A stretch of DNA of 64,000 nt, from contig NW_024704764.1 of NCBI RefSeq assembly GCF_018977255.1, positions 10,478,001 to 10,542,000 on the forward strand. The letters run 5' to 3'. The stretch is from Callorhinchus milii (Eukaryota). The notes under the pieces were generated by a model that did not search any database, was not told the origin of the DNA, and was given only the letters and a program-made list of their open reading frames with translations. The position numbers and the translations under genes were made by a program. Numbering within the stretch: the first letter of the stretch is position 1; every line of letters begins with the position of its first letter. Positions 50,601 to 63,300 of this stretch are shown here, piece after piece.

Positions 50601-53424
50601 GCTGCGATTTTCTCATCTTTCCTCTCCCCCTCTCCACAACTGAGTGGGATGGGAGAAAAATTGATGGAAATAAGATGGTGTGCCTACCTCTTCAATTCAA
50701 TGATTATTGTTTGTTTTTGTTTAGAGAGGGCCAGCCCCTCAAGCTGCCTGATACTAAAAAGACACTACTGTTTACATTTAACGGTAAGTCCAGGTTTGTA
50801 TTTATTTTCTCCCATCATGAGAAATCACTTGTTAATTTGATATATAATGGATAGAAATTTGACAGAATGACTAAATGACAAAAAATGACAAGGGCTAAAT
50901 GGATGCTTTCAGCCTGGAGTGGTAAACAGTGGTCATTGATCAAACCTCACTCGCTTTGTATCTCTCCCTTTACTCAATCTGTGTGTCTCTCTCATATATA
51001 TATATATTTATATATAATCTGAACTCTTTAAATTATATGGAGCACAATAAGTAGGCAAAACTATATAAAATGTTAATGGGATCATAGGTTTTATAAATTA
51101 GAACATAGAATTCAAAAACAAAGAAGCAATGTTCAACAACAATAACAAATTGCATTTATATTGCGGTTTCCACGTTGGGAGGACATCTCAAAGCGCTGGA
51201 CAGTTAAGGATTTGCACTCAAGCTGGGGGTTGGAGGCAATGGGGTGGGGGAAGATGACTAAATGCATGGTTGTAAAGGAAGATCTTGAGACAACAACAAC
51301 AACACAACTTGCACTTATATAGCACCTTCCATGCAGGGTAGTGTTTCAGAGCGCTTAACAGTTGCGGAGCCTGACTCTGATACGGGGGGAGGGCGAGGTT
51401 GCCGCAAGCCACGTCGAAGAGGAAAGTTTTCAGGCGGGACTTGAAAGAAGGGGGAGAGGAAGCAAGGCGGAGGGATTGAGGGAGAGTGATCCAGAGTTTT
51501 GATGCGTAGTGACTGAAAGCACAACCTCTAATGGTGGGGTGGAGAGTGCGAGGGATGAGCAGGAGTCAGTCGCGGAGATGCATGGGCCTTGAAGTAGGCA
51601 AAGGAGGGGACAAGGTGGAGAGCCTTGTCGACATTCAATTGGAGATGGTAGTTCCAGAGGTTGGGGGCAAAAAGGCTGGAGGTCCTACTGCTGATGGAGC
51701 AGGTTGGTTCTCACCGAGGAGGGAGCAGACAGATTGGTAATGTTTTAGTAAATCACAGAGGTAGGGAGGAGCAAGACCGTGGAATGCTTTAAAAGGACTC
51801 AATCCTTTGGGGGATGGGGAACCAGGGAAGCTGGGTGAGGATGGGGGCGATCGGCTCACAGAGCTGAGTGTGGGAGAGGACACAAGCTACAAAGTTCTGA
51901 ATAATCTGCAGCTTGTGGAGTGAAGAGTTGGGAAGTCTGGAGAGCAGGGGAGTTATAGTCAAGCCTAGACATAAAGAGCATGAATGCTAGGAGCCTGAGG
52001 GGAGAAGTAGTGGTGGAGGCGGGCAACGTTGCTGAGGTGGGAGAAGGCAGAACTGGTCCAAGCACAGATGTGGGATTTAAAACCCAGTTGAGGGTTGAAA
52101 AAGACATCAGGGTTCTGTATTGGCTCAGTAAGGTGGAGAGAATATCCGTGATGCTGTCAGCATCTGAGGTGAGGGGACACTGATGGAAACTAAGCAGGAA
52201 GGTCTTGGTCTTGTCGACATTAAACTGGCAAAAATTGGCTCTCCAGGACTTGATGTCCGACAAGCAATCTGTCAGGACAGCAGCAGTTTGGAGTTGAGTG
52301 TGTAAACAGAGTACAGAGTAATTTGTAAATTTCCACATTGAATCAGTAAATAGAGGGCATTACGTTTGGGGTCATGCTCAAAACAATAAAGGAAAATATT
52401 AGTATCGTTTGTGCACAGTTAGTACGAGATTTTTTCCATTAATGTTTCTTCAGCTAAACTCTTAAAGGTCTCTTTATGTAGTTCCTGGTCTGGGCAACAC
52501 TTCTCCAAAGGACATGGAATCCTTGCTGCCACTGATGAACATGGTTGTTTACAGCATTGACAAGGCAAAGAAGTACCGGTTGAACCGTGAGGTAAGAACA
52601 CATAGAGTAAGAGAAAAACTTCCTGGTGTTTGTCCTCTTGCTCTACTATCTTGGTGCATCGTAAAGTATTATTCTGGGCCAAATGACTTCCTGTGAAATT
52701 TCTGATTCATAGCATTAATTTTTCCACTTTTCCCAGGGTAAGATGAAGGCTGATAAGAATCGCGCTCGTGTGGAGGAAAATTTCCTGAAGATGACTCATG
52801 CCCAACGGCAGGAAGCCGCACAAACACGGAGAGAGGAGAAAAAGCGTGCAGAGAAAGAAAGGATCATGAATGAGGAGGATCCAGATAAACAACGCAGGCT
52901 CGAGGTACAGAATAAAAATCTGCCAGAGCAGCAGTTACCAGAGTTGCAAAAGAAAAATTTCAGGAAAGTACCAGGAAGTTTTCCTTTATGCAGAGGTTAA
53001 TTTACAACTCTTAAACAAGTTGCTAGGGAAGGTAGTAAATACACTGCTATGCACAAATCGGCTGTTGAAGTGCCCACAAAACACAGTTGTTACACTTTCC
53101 TTCCAATGTGAAAATTAACTACTGCAGTCTTCTTTGTCAGCATGATGATACATGCAGAAACCTATTTCTACGCTAAAAGAGAAACCAAACCACTGCTTGA
53201 TGTGGCTGAGACTTTGTTAAAAGCTAATAAATTTGCAGAATATTGATCTTACACACTGCTCTAATATTTAATATAAGATTTCTGAACTGCTGTGGATTTC
53301 GGTTTCTTTCTCATCTGGTCTAATTATCACCTCTCCCTTCCAGGAAGCTGTTCTACGCCGTGAACAAAAGAAGCTGGAGAAGCGACAGATGAAGATGAAA
53401 CAGATCAAAGTGAAAGCGATGTAG
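44639..53424 (+). pseudogene. CCDC47: Partial CCDC47 copy (exons 4-13), lacking promoter and exons 1-3, with apparent frameshifts; probably an assembly artefact
   Basis: Exons at 44639-44811 (2-nt deletion), 46325-46444 (two 1-nt deletions), 47125-47190, 47765-47866, 48371-48481, 49700-49785, 50725-50783, 52482-52591, 52737-52904 and 53344-53424. Exons 6-13 look identical to copy 1. Confidence 0.75.
45009..45319 (+). mobile_element. tRNA-derived SINE (duplicate of 32851)
   Basis: Same sequence as 32851-33161, within the duplicated segment. Confidence 0.9.
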
Positions 53425-56400
53425 AGTACCAAATAAGGGATGATGTTACCCTTGCATCAATCACCTCATTGTTCAATTGTTCAATTTTAATGAGAAACTC
53501 AGGGCACTAAGTAATTGATTAGCAATTTATGCAAAAAATTGTTACACTTCACAAGCTCTAATAACAGTCTTTGGTATTTTGGATTTTGATCCCTCGCCCA
53601 ATGCAACTTTTAGTCATTAGCCTCCTAGCCTCTGTGAGGTAAGTCTTAATTCTGCATGGAATGCAAGACCTATTTTGTGGTGATCCACATTAGGCCAGAT
53701 TGAAACTAAAATATAGTTCCATTGTCTTAAGATCATCCCCATACTGTAAGTTTACTTAAACTGGCTGGAAATTGAAACTTTTTCAAATGAAATTATGTTT
53801 GTACAGAGATTTGGGCAGATGCCAAACAGCTGAGTGTTGGAATAGAGCAATGACCTAATGCCACTGTATAGAGTGGGTGCCATAAGGGAAACCCCCGTTT
53901 GTTTCATTCTCTACCTTTTAGATGAATATGAATGAATGGAAATGTGTATTGGAGCCGTGCACTTTCACTTATTTTTACTTTATATAATGATTAAATTGCT
54001 AATCCAATACTCTTCCTGATTGGCTGAAATCGTTTGTGCAGCAAGTGTCCACACAGCACTGGAACGAGCACCTGCTACACAACCAGCACCACCTGCGGTT
54101 CTGCGGACGTATTACAGCCACTGACATCCACACAGTGGCAACTGCAGTCCTGCGGGCACATGCGCTGACGTCCCCACGTATAACAACAACAAACTGACAT
54201 TTATAGAGCGCCTTTCACGTTGGGAGGATGTCCCAAAGAGCTGAACAGTCAGATGTCGGGGCCAGAGTTTGGGGGAAGGGTGGTGTAGGGGTGAGGGAAG
54301 GCAGAGAGGTGGGAGGGAGATCAAATGTACGATCGAAGAGAAGGGTCTTGAGACCGGCCTTGAAGGAGGCAAGAGAGGAAGCAAGGCGAAGGGACCGTGG
54401 GATGCAGTTCCAGAGTGTGGGGGCAGAGGTTGAAAGCCCGGCCATTGATGGTAAGGCGGGTCGGGCGGGAGACATGGAGCAGGCCGGAGCCCGCTGGACG
54501 GAGGGAGCGGGCAGGTTGGTAGGGAGCTAGCAGGTCAGAGAGGTAGGAGGGGGCAAAGCCATGGATGGCATTGAAAGTGAGGACGAGGATCTTGAACTTG
54601 ATCCTCTAGGGGATGGGGAGCCAGTGGGGTCGGGCGAGGGATGGGGTCACGGAGCCCGGTGCGTGGGAGCACACGAACTGCAGAGTTTGGGATGATCTGT
54701 AGCTTGTGAGGAATGCGTGGGTGAGGGTTTGGGCAGCCTGAGGGGTGAGGCAGTGGCGGAGTCTGGCAATGTTGCGGAGGTGGTGGTAGGCAGTACCAGT
54801 CATGGTGCAGATGTGGGGGAGAAATGACAGCTCAACAGGACACCAAGGTTCCTGACTGGCTCAGTGAGGTTGAGTGTGCAGCCGTGGAGGCTGATGCTGC
54901 CAGCGCCTGAAGCGCGGAGGCGCTGGCGCGAGCCAGTCAGCAGAGCCTCGGTCTTGCTGACCTTGAGTTGGAGAAAGTTGGCCCTCATCCAGGACTTGAT
55001 GTCGGACAGGCAGTCGGTCAGGACGCCAGTAATCTTGGAGTTCAGGGTGGAGGCAGAGAGGTAGAGTTGGGTGTCATCCGCACACAGGTGGAAATTTAGG
55101 GTTAGGGTTAAGGGTTAGTGGTTAGGGGTTAAGGTTAGGTTGTAGGGTGCTGGGTTAGCGTTAGGTTTCTTACATTTCAGGGGTGATTCGGGGTTGCAGG
55201 GGCTGACTCGGGCTTGCTGGGGCTGGCTCGGGCTTGCTGGGGCGGGCTTGCTGGGGCGGGCTCGCCGGGCCTGGCTCGGGCTCGCCGGGCCTGGCTCGGG
55301 CTCGCCGGGCCTGGCTCGGGCTCGCCGGGCCTGGCTCGGGCTCGCCGGGCCTGGCTCGGGCTCGCCGGGCCTGGCTCGGCCGGGCCTGGCTCGGGCTCGC
55401 CGGGCCTGGCTCGGGCTCGCCGGGCCTGGCTCCGGCTCGCCGGGGCTGGCTCCAGGGGCTCCAAGAGGTCCAAGAGCTCCAGGGGCTGTTTGCTGTTTTG
55501 TTGCCAACTTACTATCAATTCTGCTATTTCCCCCCTGACTCCACATGCTCTGACCTTATTCATAAGTCTATCATGTGGTACCTTATCAAACACCTTTTGG
55601 AAATCTAAATATATTACATGTACCACATTTCCCTTGCCTACTCTTTCTGTTACCCCTTGAAAGATGGTTAGTCAGTGAGGTTAGTCAAGCATGACCTTCC
55701 TGTTTGAAACCCGTGCTGACTATTCTTTATTATGTTTTCCGTTTCTAGATGTTTTTCTATTATCTCCTTCAGTAAGGATTCCATTATCTTTCCTACCCCC
55801 AATGTTAAGCTGACAGGTCTGTAATAAATGACCAATTTATTATTGTTTTGGGTTTTGAAGGGATTATTATTAGGCTCTGTGTGGAGTAAGGAAACTTGCC
55901 CAAGGTTTCACCCTCTGCCTGGAATTGAACACAGGTCTCTCACTTGCAAAGTGAATGCTCTAACCACTGAACTACAGGACTTTCTCCTCTCTATCACACT
56001 TTCTCTCTATTGCAATCTTTCTCCTCTCTCACACCTATAAGTGTTTGTGATCTGATTTGATGGTGTCTCTGAAGCATTCAATAGGAAATTCTAGGAAAGT
56101 GTGAATGCTCTAAAGTAATGAATGTAAACCCTGTGAATTCTCTGAACCAGCCAATGTGATGATGGGCATGTGATGATACTGACTGTTTGCAGCTGTGAAG
56201 GGAGGATGTTCCCTTCAACTGGACCTTGTGAGGAATGAGATTCGCTCATTGGCCACATGTCAAACCTGAACCTTTGTGTATTTAACGCAGAGGCTGAGCT
56301 CAGTCAAACCATTGGTGGAAGGAGTCACCTCATCAGCTTAGAGAGAGCAGATGAGTTGCTGGAGGCTTGTGGTTCAGAGCAGTGAAATGGTCATTTTGCA

Positions 56401-57507
56401 TGTGGTGGAGCTTGGCTCAGGCTGGTCTCTCTATGGACTATATCAGGTAAGTCTGTATTTGTGAGAACCTTCTGGTGGACAGTAATGTTTGTGAAGGGAA
56501 GTTGTCCAAACCTTGGGTGTTGTCAGTCTTGTGAGCTTCAGAGACATTATCACTGTCCACCTGCTCTCCATGTCAATTGTGAGCAACTCTTGGCCAGTTT
56601 GGCTTCTCCTTTTATTGTGTAATTTGTCTCAAAAACAATTGCTGTTTTGTTACTATCTGGAGATCTGTAGACAACTACCACCAGAGTCTTCCCTCCTTTG
56701 CTGTTCCTTAATTCTACCCATAGTGTTTCTGTGGCCTGATCACCTTTACTAAAGTCCTTTCTATCTACTGTTATACTTGAATGTTATCCATATTGCTCCC
56801 CTCCTTTCCCAATTTCCCTATCCTTTCTAAGATTTTACAGCCTGGAATTTTAGCTCCCAGTAATGCCCAACTTGTAGCCAGGTCTCTGTAATGGCTACTA
56901 CATCAGACGCTTTAAGCTAAATTTGTGTTCCTAACTTGTTTTATTTTTATACTATGTATAGTATGTATATGTCACAGGCACTTATTAGGGTAACTGTCCT
57001 CACTTGCCCATATGCCCAATAGTGTTTTTCTTGCCTTTTTGTGTTTATTTTCTTAAACTGTTTCTCTTTCTGGAGCAACTCAGTTAATTATCACTTTTGG
57101 TTTTCTAACCTTTGCTCTTCTCTCAGTATTTAGTTCTGTTGTTTCCGCTTCAGTCAGAGGTTGTCCTGGAGCCAGTGCAGGTTTGTGTTACTTTTGAACG
57201 CTGGTCTAATGCTTGTTCACACCAGATGATCACTGGGTATGCATACATCAATGAACTTTGGAGACCTTGTTGCCATCCATCTCGGATTAATGTGAACATC
57301 TCTTGACCTGTCCGACTTTTCTTTGTATTGTGTAACTCGTCTCAGAGATGGTGATGACAGAATCACTATTATTTTGCAGTGTTAGTCTTTAAACCATCAT
57401 CTAGATTTTGGTCAAAGACGTCCAACTAGGAATTGTTTGGAGATGAGATGCAGCTGAAAATTGTGGGAGATGTAAGTGACTAATGGGCTGAGCTCAGTTG
57501 TTCGGTG

Positions 57508-57818
57508 GAGTGCTGTAGCTCAGTGGTTAGAGCACTCGCCTTGCAAGCGAGACACCTGGGTTCAATTTCAGGGAGGGCGAAACCTTGGGCAAGTTTCCTT
57601 ACTCCACACACCTAATAATAATCCCTCCAAAAAACAAAACAATAATAAATTGATCATTTTCAATCCACGACTGTTTGTGGGACGCTGCTATGCGCAATTG
57701 GCTGCTGTGCTTTGCCCACAAATATATGGTCAATTCACTTTACGGTCTATTCTGTGAAGCGCTTTGAGATGTCAAAGACGTGAAAAGCGCTATATCAAAT
57801 GCAAGGACTATTATTATT
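57508..57818 (+). mobile_element. Full-length tRNA-derived SINE
   Basis: TAGCTCAGTGG A box, GGTTCAATTTC B box, GCGCAATTGGCTGC core, L2-type tail. Confidence 0.92.
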
Positions 57819-57857
57819 GTCACCCGAAGCCAAGTCTGTACTAATGGGAACCAAATG

Positions 57858-59452
57858 CTGACGACTGAAGCTCACGCCCTCTTTCTCTCTCTAGCACCTT
57901 GGGATTCCTGGAGGATAAGTTAGGGTAAGTCTGTACTAGTGGGAACACTATGCTGATGGCAAAGGTTGTATATCCTTCTTTCTTGCACCTTTCCACACTC
58001 CAGAGGTTTAGCAACACTATGTGGATTTCATGCAGGATGTCTGACATCCAAACACATATGAGCATTAACTCTGGCTCACACTGGAGGTTGAGATTAGAAG
58101 TCGTTAGTAACGGAGACTGGGGTTTGAGAGGGACAGGATGGAGGAGATGTTGCTGGATTAATGTGTGGAGCTCACAGTTTGGGTTGAGGGTTCAGTTCAT
58201 TGACCCAGATTGTAGGAATAACAGAGATTGAGGTTAGACAAATCAGATTTGATGGTATCTGTTATAATCTTCTGAAGACAGTAAATTTGCTTGATCTTGG
58301 GTAACAGAGTAGCTGAAGGTTGGTTTTGTTTGCCCAGAGCCAGTATCTGTCCAAGTTGGTTCAGTTTACTGGTTGAGAGTCAGTTTATGCCAGGGATGGT
58401 TTGGAGCACTTGTCGATCATTAGTTTGTGTCCGAGTTGGTTCAGTGCAGGTTGTGAGGTAGTAAAGGACTAATCAAAATAGGGTGAATGTTTGAGATCGT
58501 AGAGAGGGGTCCCAGATGCTCAGGATTAATTGGGTAAAAATGTGTCTTGGGCACATTTGAGGTATAAAAGGGAGGAGGTGGAGATGAACCAGAGTTGTTG
58601 AGGTTTGGAGTTTTCACTGACACTTGACTCTAACATTACTAATTATGCAAACTCTGAATTTCAGGAACTTGTAAGAGGTTTGGGATAATGTTACTCTATT
58701 GGTTACTGCCTCACAACCTGCAAAATTGTGAAGAGAAGGATCGCTCTTTCAGAGTGCACTTAAACATTGTGTAATTCTCACCCAGAGATAAGATACCGTG
58801 ACAAGGTGTGGAGTCAGTGTCTGTTGAGGTTGGTTCAGGGCAGTTGTGGAGAGTTAGTCCATGTCAGAGAATCGTATTATTAATGCATTTTATCCTGAGA
58901 TTGGTTCAGTGTTGAGTTGTTTTGTGTCTGGGCAGGTTCAGTGCAGATCATGAATTGGTTAGTGTCGGGACTGGTTCAATGTAGGTAAAGGGCCTATTAG
59001 TTTATAGCTGAGTCTAACTTAGACGTGTTGCACTACATTGGACTATATGGAAAGTGAAAATTCCCGGAAAGCTTAGGGTGACAACTGAAGCTCATGCCCT
59101 GTTTCTCTTTCTCTAGCTTCTTGAGACTCGTGGAGGATAAGTAAGGCAAGTCTGTGCTAGTGGGAACCCTGTGATGATGGCAAAGATTGTATCTCTTTCT
59201 CTCTTGCACTCTTCCACACTCCAGAGGTTTGGTAACATTATGTGGACTTCATGCAGGATGTCTGACATCCAAACACATATGAGCCAAACTCTGGTTCACA
59301 CTGGAGGTTGAGATTAGAAGTTGTTAGTAACAAAGACTGGGGTTTGAGAGGGACAAGATGGGGAGATGTTGCTGAGTTAACATGGTGAGGTGATAGTTTG
59401 GGTTGAGGGTAGAATTAATTGGTACAGATTGTATGAATCGCAGAGGTTGAAG
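57858..59452 (+). repeat. Diverged local duplication of ~380 bp (57858-58235 vs 59079-59452)
   Basis: Shared blocks such as TTCATGCAGGATGTCTGACATCCAAACACATATGAGC and CACACTGGAGGTTGAGATTAGAAGT. Confidence 0.88.
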
Positions 59453-60078
59453 TCCAACACTGTAGTTGGATGGTGTAAGGTTTGATTTGATAACTTCTAT
59501 TACAAGAGTTTGATCTGAGATCAGAGAATTTGTGTGTTGTTGGGTAATATAGTCTTTGTGTGAAGTTTGGTTTATTGAGCCAGTGTCTGTCAAGGTTGGT
59601 TGGGTTTAGTGGCTGAGAGTTGGTTTGTGTCGGGGCTGGTTGTGGAGCATCAGTTTGTGTGCAAGTTGGTTCAGGACAGGTGTTGATTCAGTGACTGTGT
59701 CGAAGCCGGTCAAGTACAGTTGTTGAGGTTTAGAGTCTTTCAGGCCTGGCTCAGTGCAGTTGCCTCGGGTCAGTCGCTGCCAGGGCTGGGTCGGAGCAGT
59801 TTGCACGGCTGGTTTGCTAGTGACCGGCAATGTGTAGCTGCCGAGAGTCACTCACTGCCGGGCCAGGGTCAGTGTGGCTGCCACGAGTCAGGTTCTGTTC
59901 AGACTGGTTTAGTGTTGTTGTTGAGTCAGTTTATGCTATGATTGGTTGAGAGTTGTTTGTCAGGGTGAGTTCAGTCCAGTTGTTGAGAGTTGGTTTTAGT
60001 TGAGAGGGTGATTGAGAGTTAGCTTGTCAGGGCAGGTTCAGTGTCGTTTGAGTCAGTTGGTGTCAGCGTTGGTTACTA

Positions 60079-60381
60079 GAGTCCTGTAGCTCAGTGGTTA
60101 GAGCACCTGCTTTGCAAGTGAGAGACCTGAGTTCAATTCCAGGCAGAGGGTGAAACCTTGGGCAAGTTTCCTTACTCCACACAGAGCCTAATAATAATCC
60201 CTCCAAAAAACAAATGGGTCATTTTCAATCCAAGACTGTTTGTGGGACGTTGCTGTGCACAATTAGCTGCCGCGTTTGCCCACAAATATACAGTCAATTC
60301 ACTTTGCAGTGTGTTCTGTGAAGCGCTTTGGGACGTCCTCCCGACGTGAAAAGCGCTATATCAAATGCAAGGATTATTATT
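60079..60381 (+). mobile_element. Full-length tRNA-derived SINE
   Basis: GAGTCCTGTAGCTCAGTGGTTAGAGC head, GTTCAATTCC B box, tail GGGACGTCCTCCCGACGTGAAAAGCGCTATATCAAATGCAAGGATTATTATT. Confidence 0.93.
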
Positions 60382-63300
60382 CTCACACTCTCTCTCTATT
60401 GCAATCTTTCTCCTCCCTATCACAATCTTTCGTCTCTTTCACGCTTTCCCTCTATATTCCAAACTTTCTCTTCTCTATCACACTTTCTCTCTATTTTAAT
60501 CTCTCACCTCTCTATCACTCTTTCGATCAGAATCTTTCTCCTTCTCTCTATTGCACCTTCTCTTTATCACACTTTCTCTCTATTGCAATCTTTCTCCTCT
60601 CTAACACACTTTCTCTCTCTATCACTCTCCTTCTCTCGCCCAATTTTCCTCCTCTCTCACATTTCTTCTTTATTGCAATTTTTCTGCTTCTCTATTACAC
60701 TTTCTCTCTATCACAGTTTCTCTCTCTATTACAATCTTTGCCCTCTCTATCACACTTTCTATCAGAATCTTTCTCCTCTCTATTACAACCTTTTTTGTCT
60801 GTCACACTTTCTCTCTATCAGAATCTTCCTCCTCTATCATACTTTTTCTCTGTTGCAATCTTTCTTTCTCTCTATCGTAATCTTTCTCCTCTCTATCTCT
60901 TGTGCAATCTTTCTCCTTTTCTCTATCCAAATCTTTCTCCTCTCTATCACACTTTCACTCTCTATTGCAATCTTTCTCCTTCTCTCCATCATACTTTGTC
61001 TCTCTATTACAACCTTTTCCGTCTCTATCGCTCTTTCTGTCTATCACAATATTTCTCCTTCTCGCAATCGCAATATTTCTCCTTCTTTCGAACACACTCT
61101 CTCCGTCACGCTTTCTCTTTCTATTACAACCTTTTCCTTTCTATCAGAATCTTTCTCCTCTCTATTACACTTTGTCTCTATTGCAATCTTTCTGCTCTCT
61201 GTCATACTTTGTCTCACTCTATTCCAATCTTTCTAACACACTTTCTCTCTATCAGAATCGTTCTCTCTATCACATTTTCTCTCTCTATCACAATCTTTAC
61301 TCTTTCTATCAGAATCTTTCTCCTCTCTATTACAACCTTTTCCGTATCTGTCACTTTCTCTATCAGAATCTTTCTCCTCTCTATCACACTTTCACTGTCT
61401 AATGCAATCTTTCTCCTTCTCTCCATCATACTTTGTCTCTCTCTATTACAAACATTGCCCTCTCTCTCACTGCTATCAGAATCTTTCACCTTCTCTATCG
61501 CACTTTCTGTGTATTGCAATGTTTCTCCTTTCTAACACTTTCTCTCCGTCACGCTTTCTCTCTCTATTACAACCTTTTCCTTTCTATCAGAATCTTTCTC
61601 CTTCTCTCTATTACACTTTGTCTCTATTGCAATCTTTCTCCTCTCTGTTACACTTTCTCTCTATTGCAATATTTCTCCTTTCTATCATACTTTGTCTCTC
61701 TCTATTCCAATCTTTCTAACACACTTTCTCTCTATATATCAGAATCATTCTCTTTTTCTCTATTACAATCTTTACAATCTATCAGAATTTTTCTCCTCTA
61801 TCACACCTTCTCTCTTGTGCAATCTTTCTCCTATTCTCAATCACAATCTTTCTCCCTCTAATGCAACCTTCTCTCCATCACACTTTGTCTCTCTCTATTA
61901 CAAACGTTGCCCTCTCTCTCATTCCTATCAGAATCGTTCGCCTTCTCTCTATTACAACCGCCTCTGACACACTTTCTGTGTATCACAATATTTCTCCTTC
62001 TCGCCATCGCAATGTTTCTCCTTCTTTCTAACACACTTTCTCTCTGTCACACTTGCTCTCTCTATTGCAATCTTTTTCCTCTTAATCACACTTCCTCTCT
62101 ATCGCAATCTTTCTCCTCTCTGTCACACTTTTTCTGTATTGCAATCTTTCTCCTTCTCTATCACAAGTCCTCTCTCTCTATTCCAATCTTTCTAACACTT
62201 TCTCTCTATTGCATTCTTTCTCTTCTCTATCACACTTTCTCTCTATTTTAATCTCTCCTCTCTATCACTCTTTCTCCTCTCTATTAAACCTTTTCCGTCT
62301 CTGTCACAAACTTTTTCCTCTTTCACTCTTTCTATCAGAATGTCTCTCCGTCTCTCTTTTTCCACTTTCTCTCTATTGCAATCTTTCTGCTCCCTATCAT
62401 ACTTTGTCTCTCTATTCTAATCCTTCTAACACACTTTCTCTCTATCGCTCTCCTTCTCTCGCCCAATTTTCCTCCTCTCTCTCACATTTCTTCTTTATCA
62501 CAATTTTTCTGCTTCTCTATTATACTTTCTCTCTCTCCATCACAATTTTTCTGCATCTTTCTAACACACTTTATCAGAATCGATCTCTTTCTCTCTATTA
62601 CAATCTTTGCCCTCTCTATCACTCTTTCTATCAGAATCTTTCTCCTCTGTTACAACCTTTTCCGTCTCTGTCACACTTTCTATCACACTTTTTCTGTTAC
62701 AATCTTTCTTTCTCTCTATCGCAATCTTTTCCCTCTATCACACTTTCTCTCTATCAGAATCTTTCTCGTCTCTATTGCGATCACTCTCCTCTATCAGAAT
62801 CTTTGTCCTCTCTATTACAACCTTTTCCTTCTCTATCACACTTTTTCTCTATTGCAATCTTTCTCCTTCTCTCTTTCACACTTTCTCTCTGTGTTCCAAT
62901 CTTTCTCCTTTCTTACACTTTCTCTCCCTTTCACTTTCTCACTCAATCGTACTTTGCCTCTGTATATTACAATCTTTCTCCTCTTTATCACACTCTCTCT
63001 CTATTACAATCTTTCTCCTCTCTATTACACTTTTTCTCTATTGCAGTCTTCCTCCTCTATCACACTTTGTCTCTCTCTATTCCAATCCTTTAACACACAC
63101 TCTCTCTCTATCGCTCTCCTTCTGTCACCCAATTTTCTTCCTCTCACATTTCTTCTTTATCGCAATTTTTCTGCTTCTCTCTATACTTTCTCTCTCTCTA
63201 TCACAATATTTCTCCTTTCTAACACAATTTCTCTCTATCGGAATATTTCTTTTTCTCTATCACACTTTCTCTCTATTGCAATCTTTCTCCTTCTCTATCC

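Larger units (their letters stand above)
43925..56003 (+). repeat. Near-identical second copy of 31764-43823 (~12.1 kb; probable uncollapsed haplotype)
   Basis: TCTTGGACTTTAGGTCC at 43925 matches 31764. The ORF track repeats at an offset of ~12.14 kb. The copy ends at CTCTCTATCACACTTTCT, matching the sequence just before the gap. Confidence 0.97.

Noticed and set aside
44639-53424. Functional CCDC47 paralog
   Set aside because: It lacks the promoter, signal peptide and exons 1-3, abuts a gap, and is nearly identical to copy 1 even in introns.
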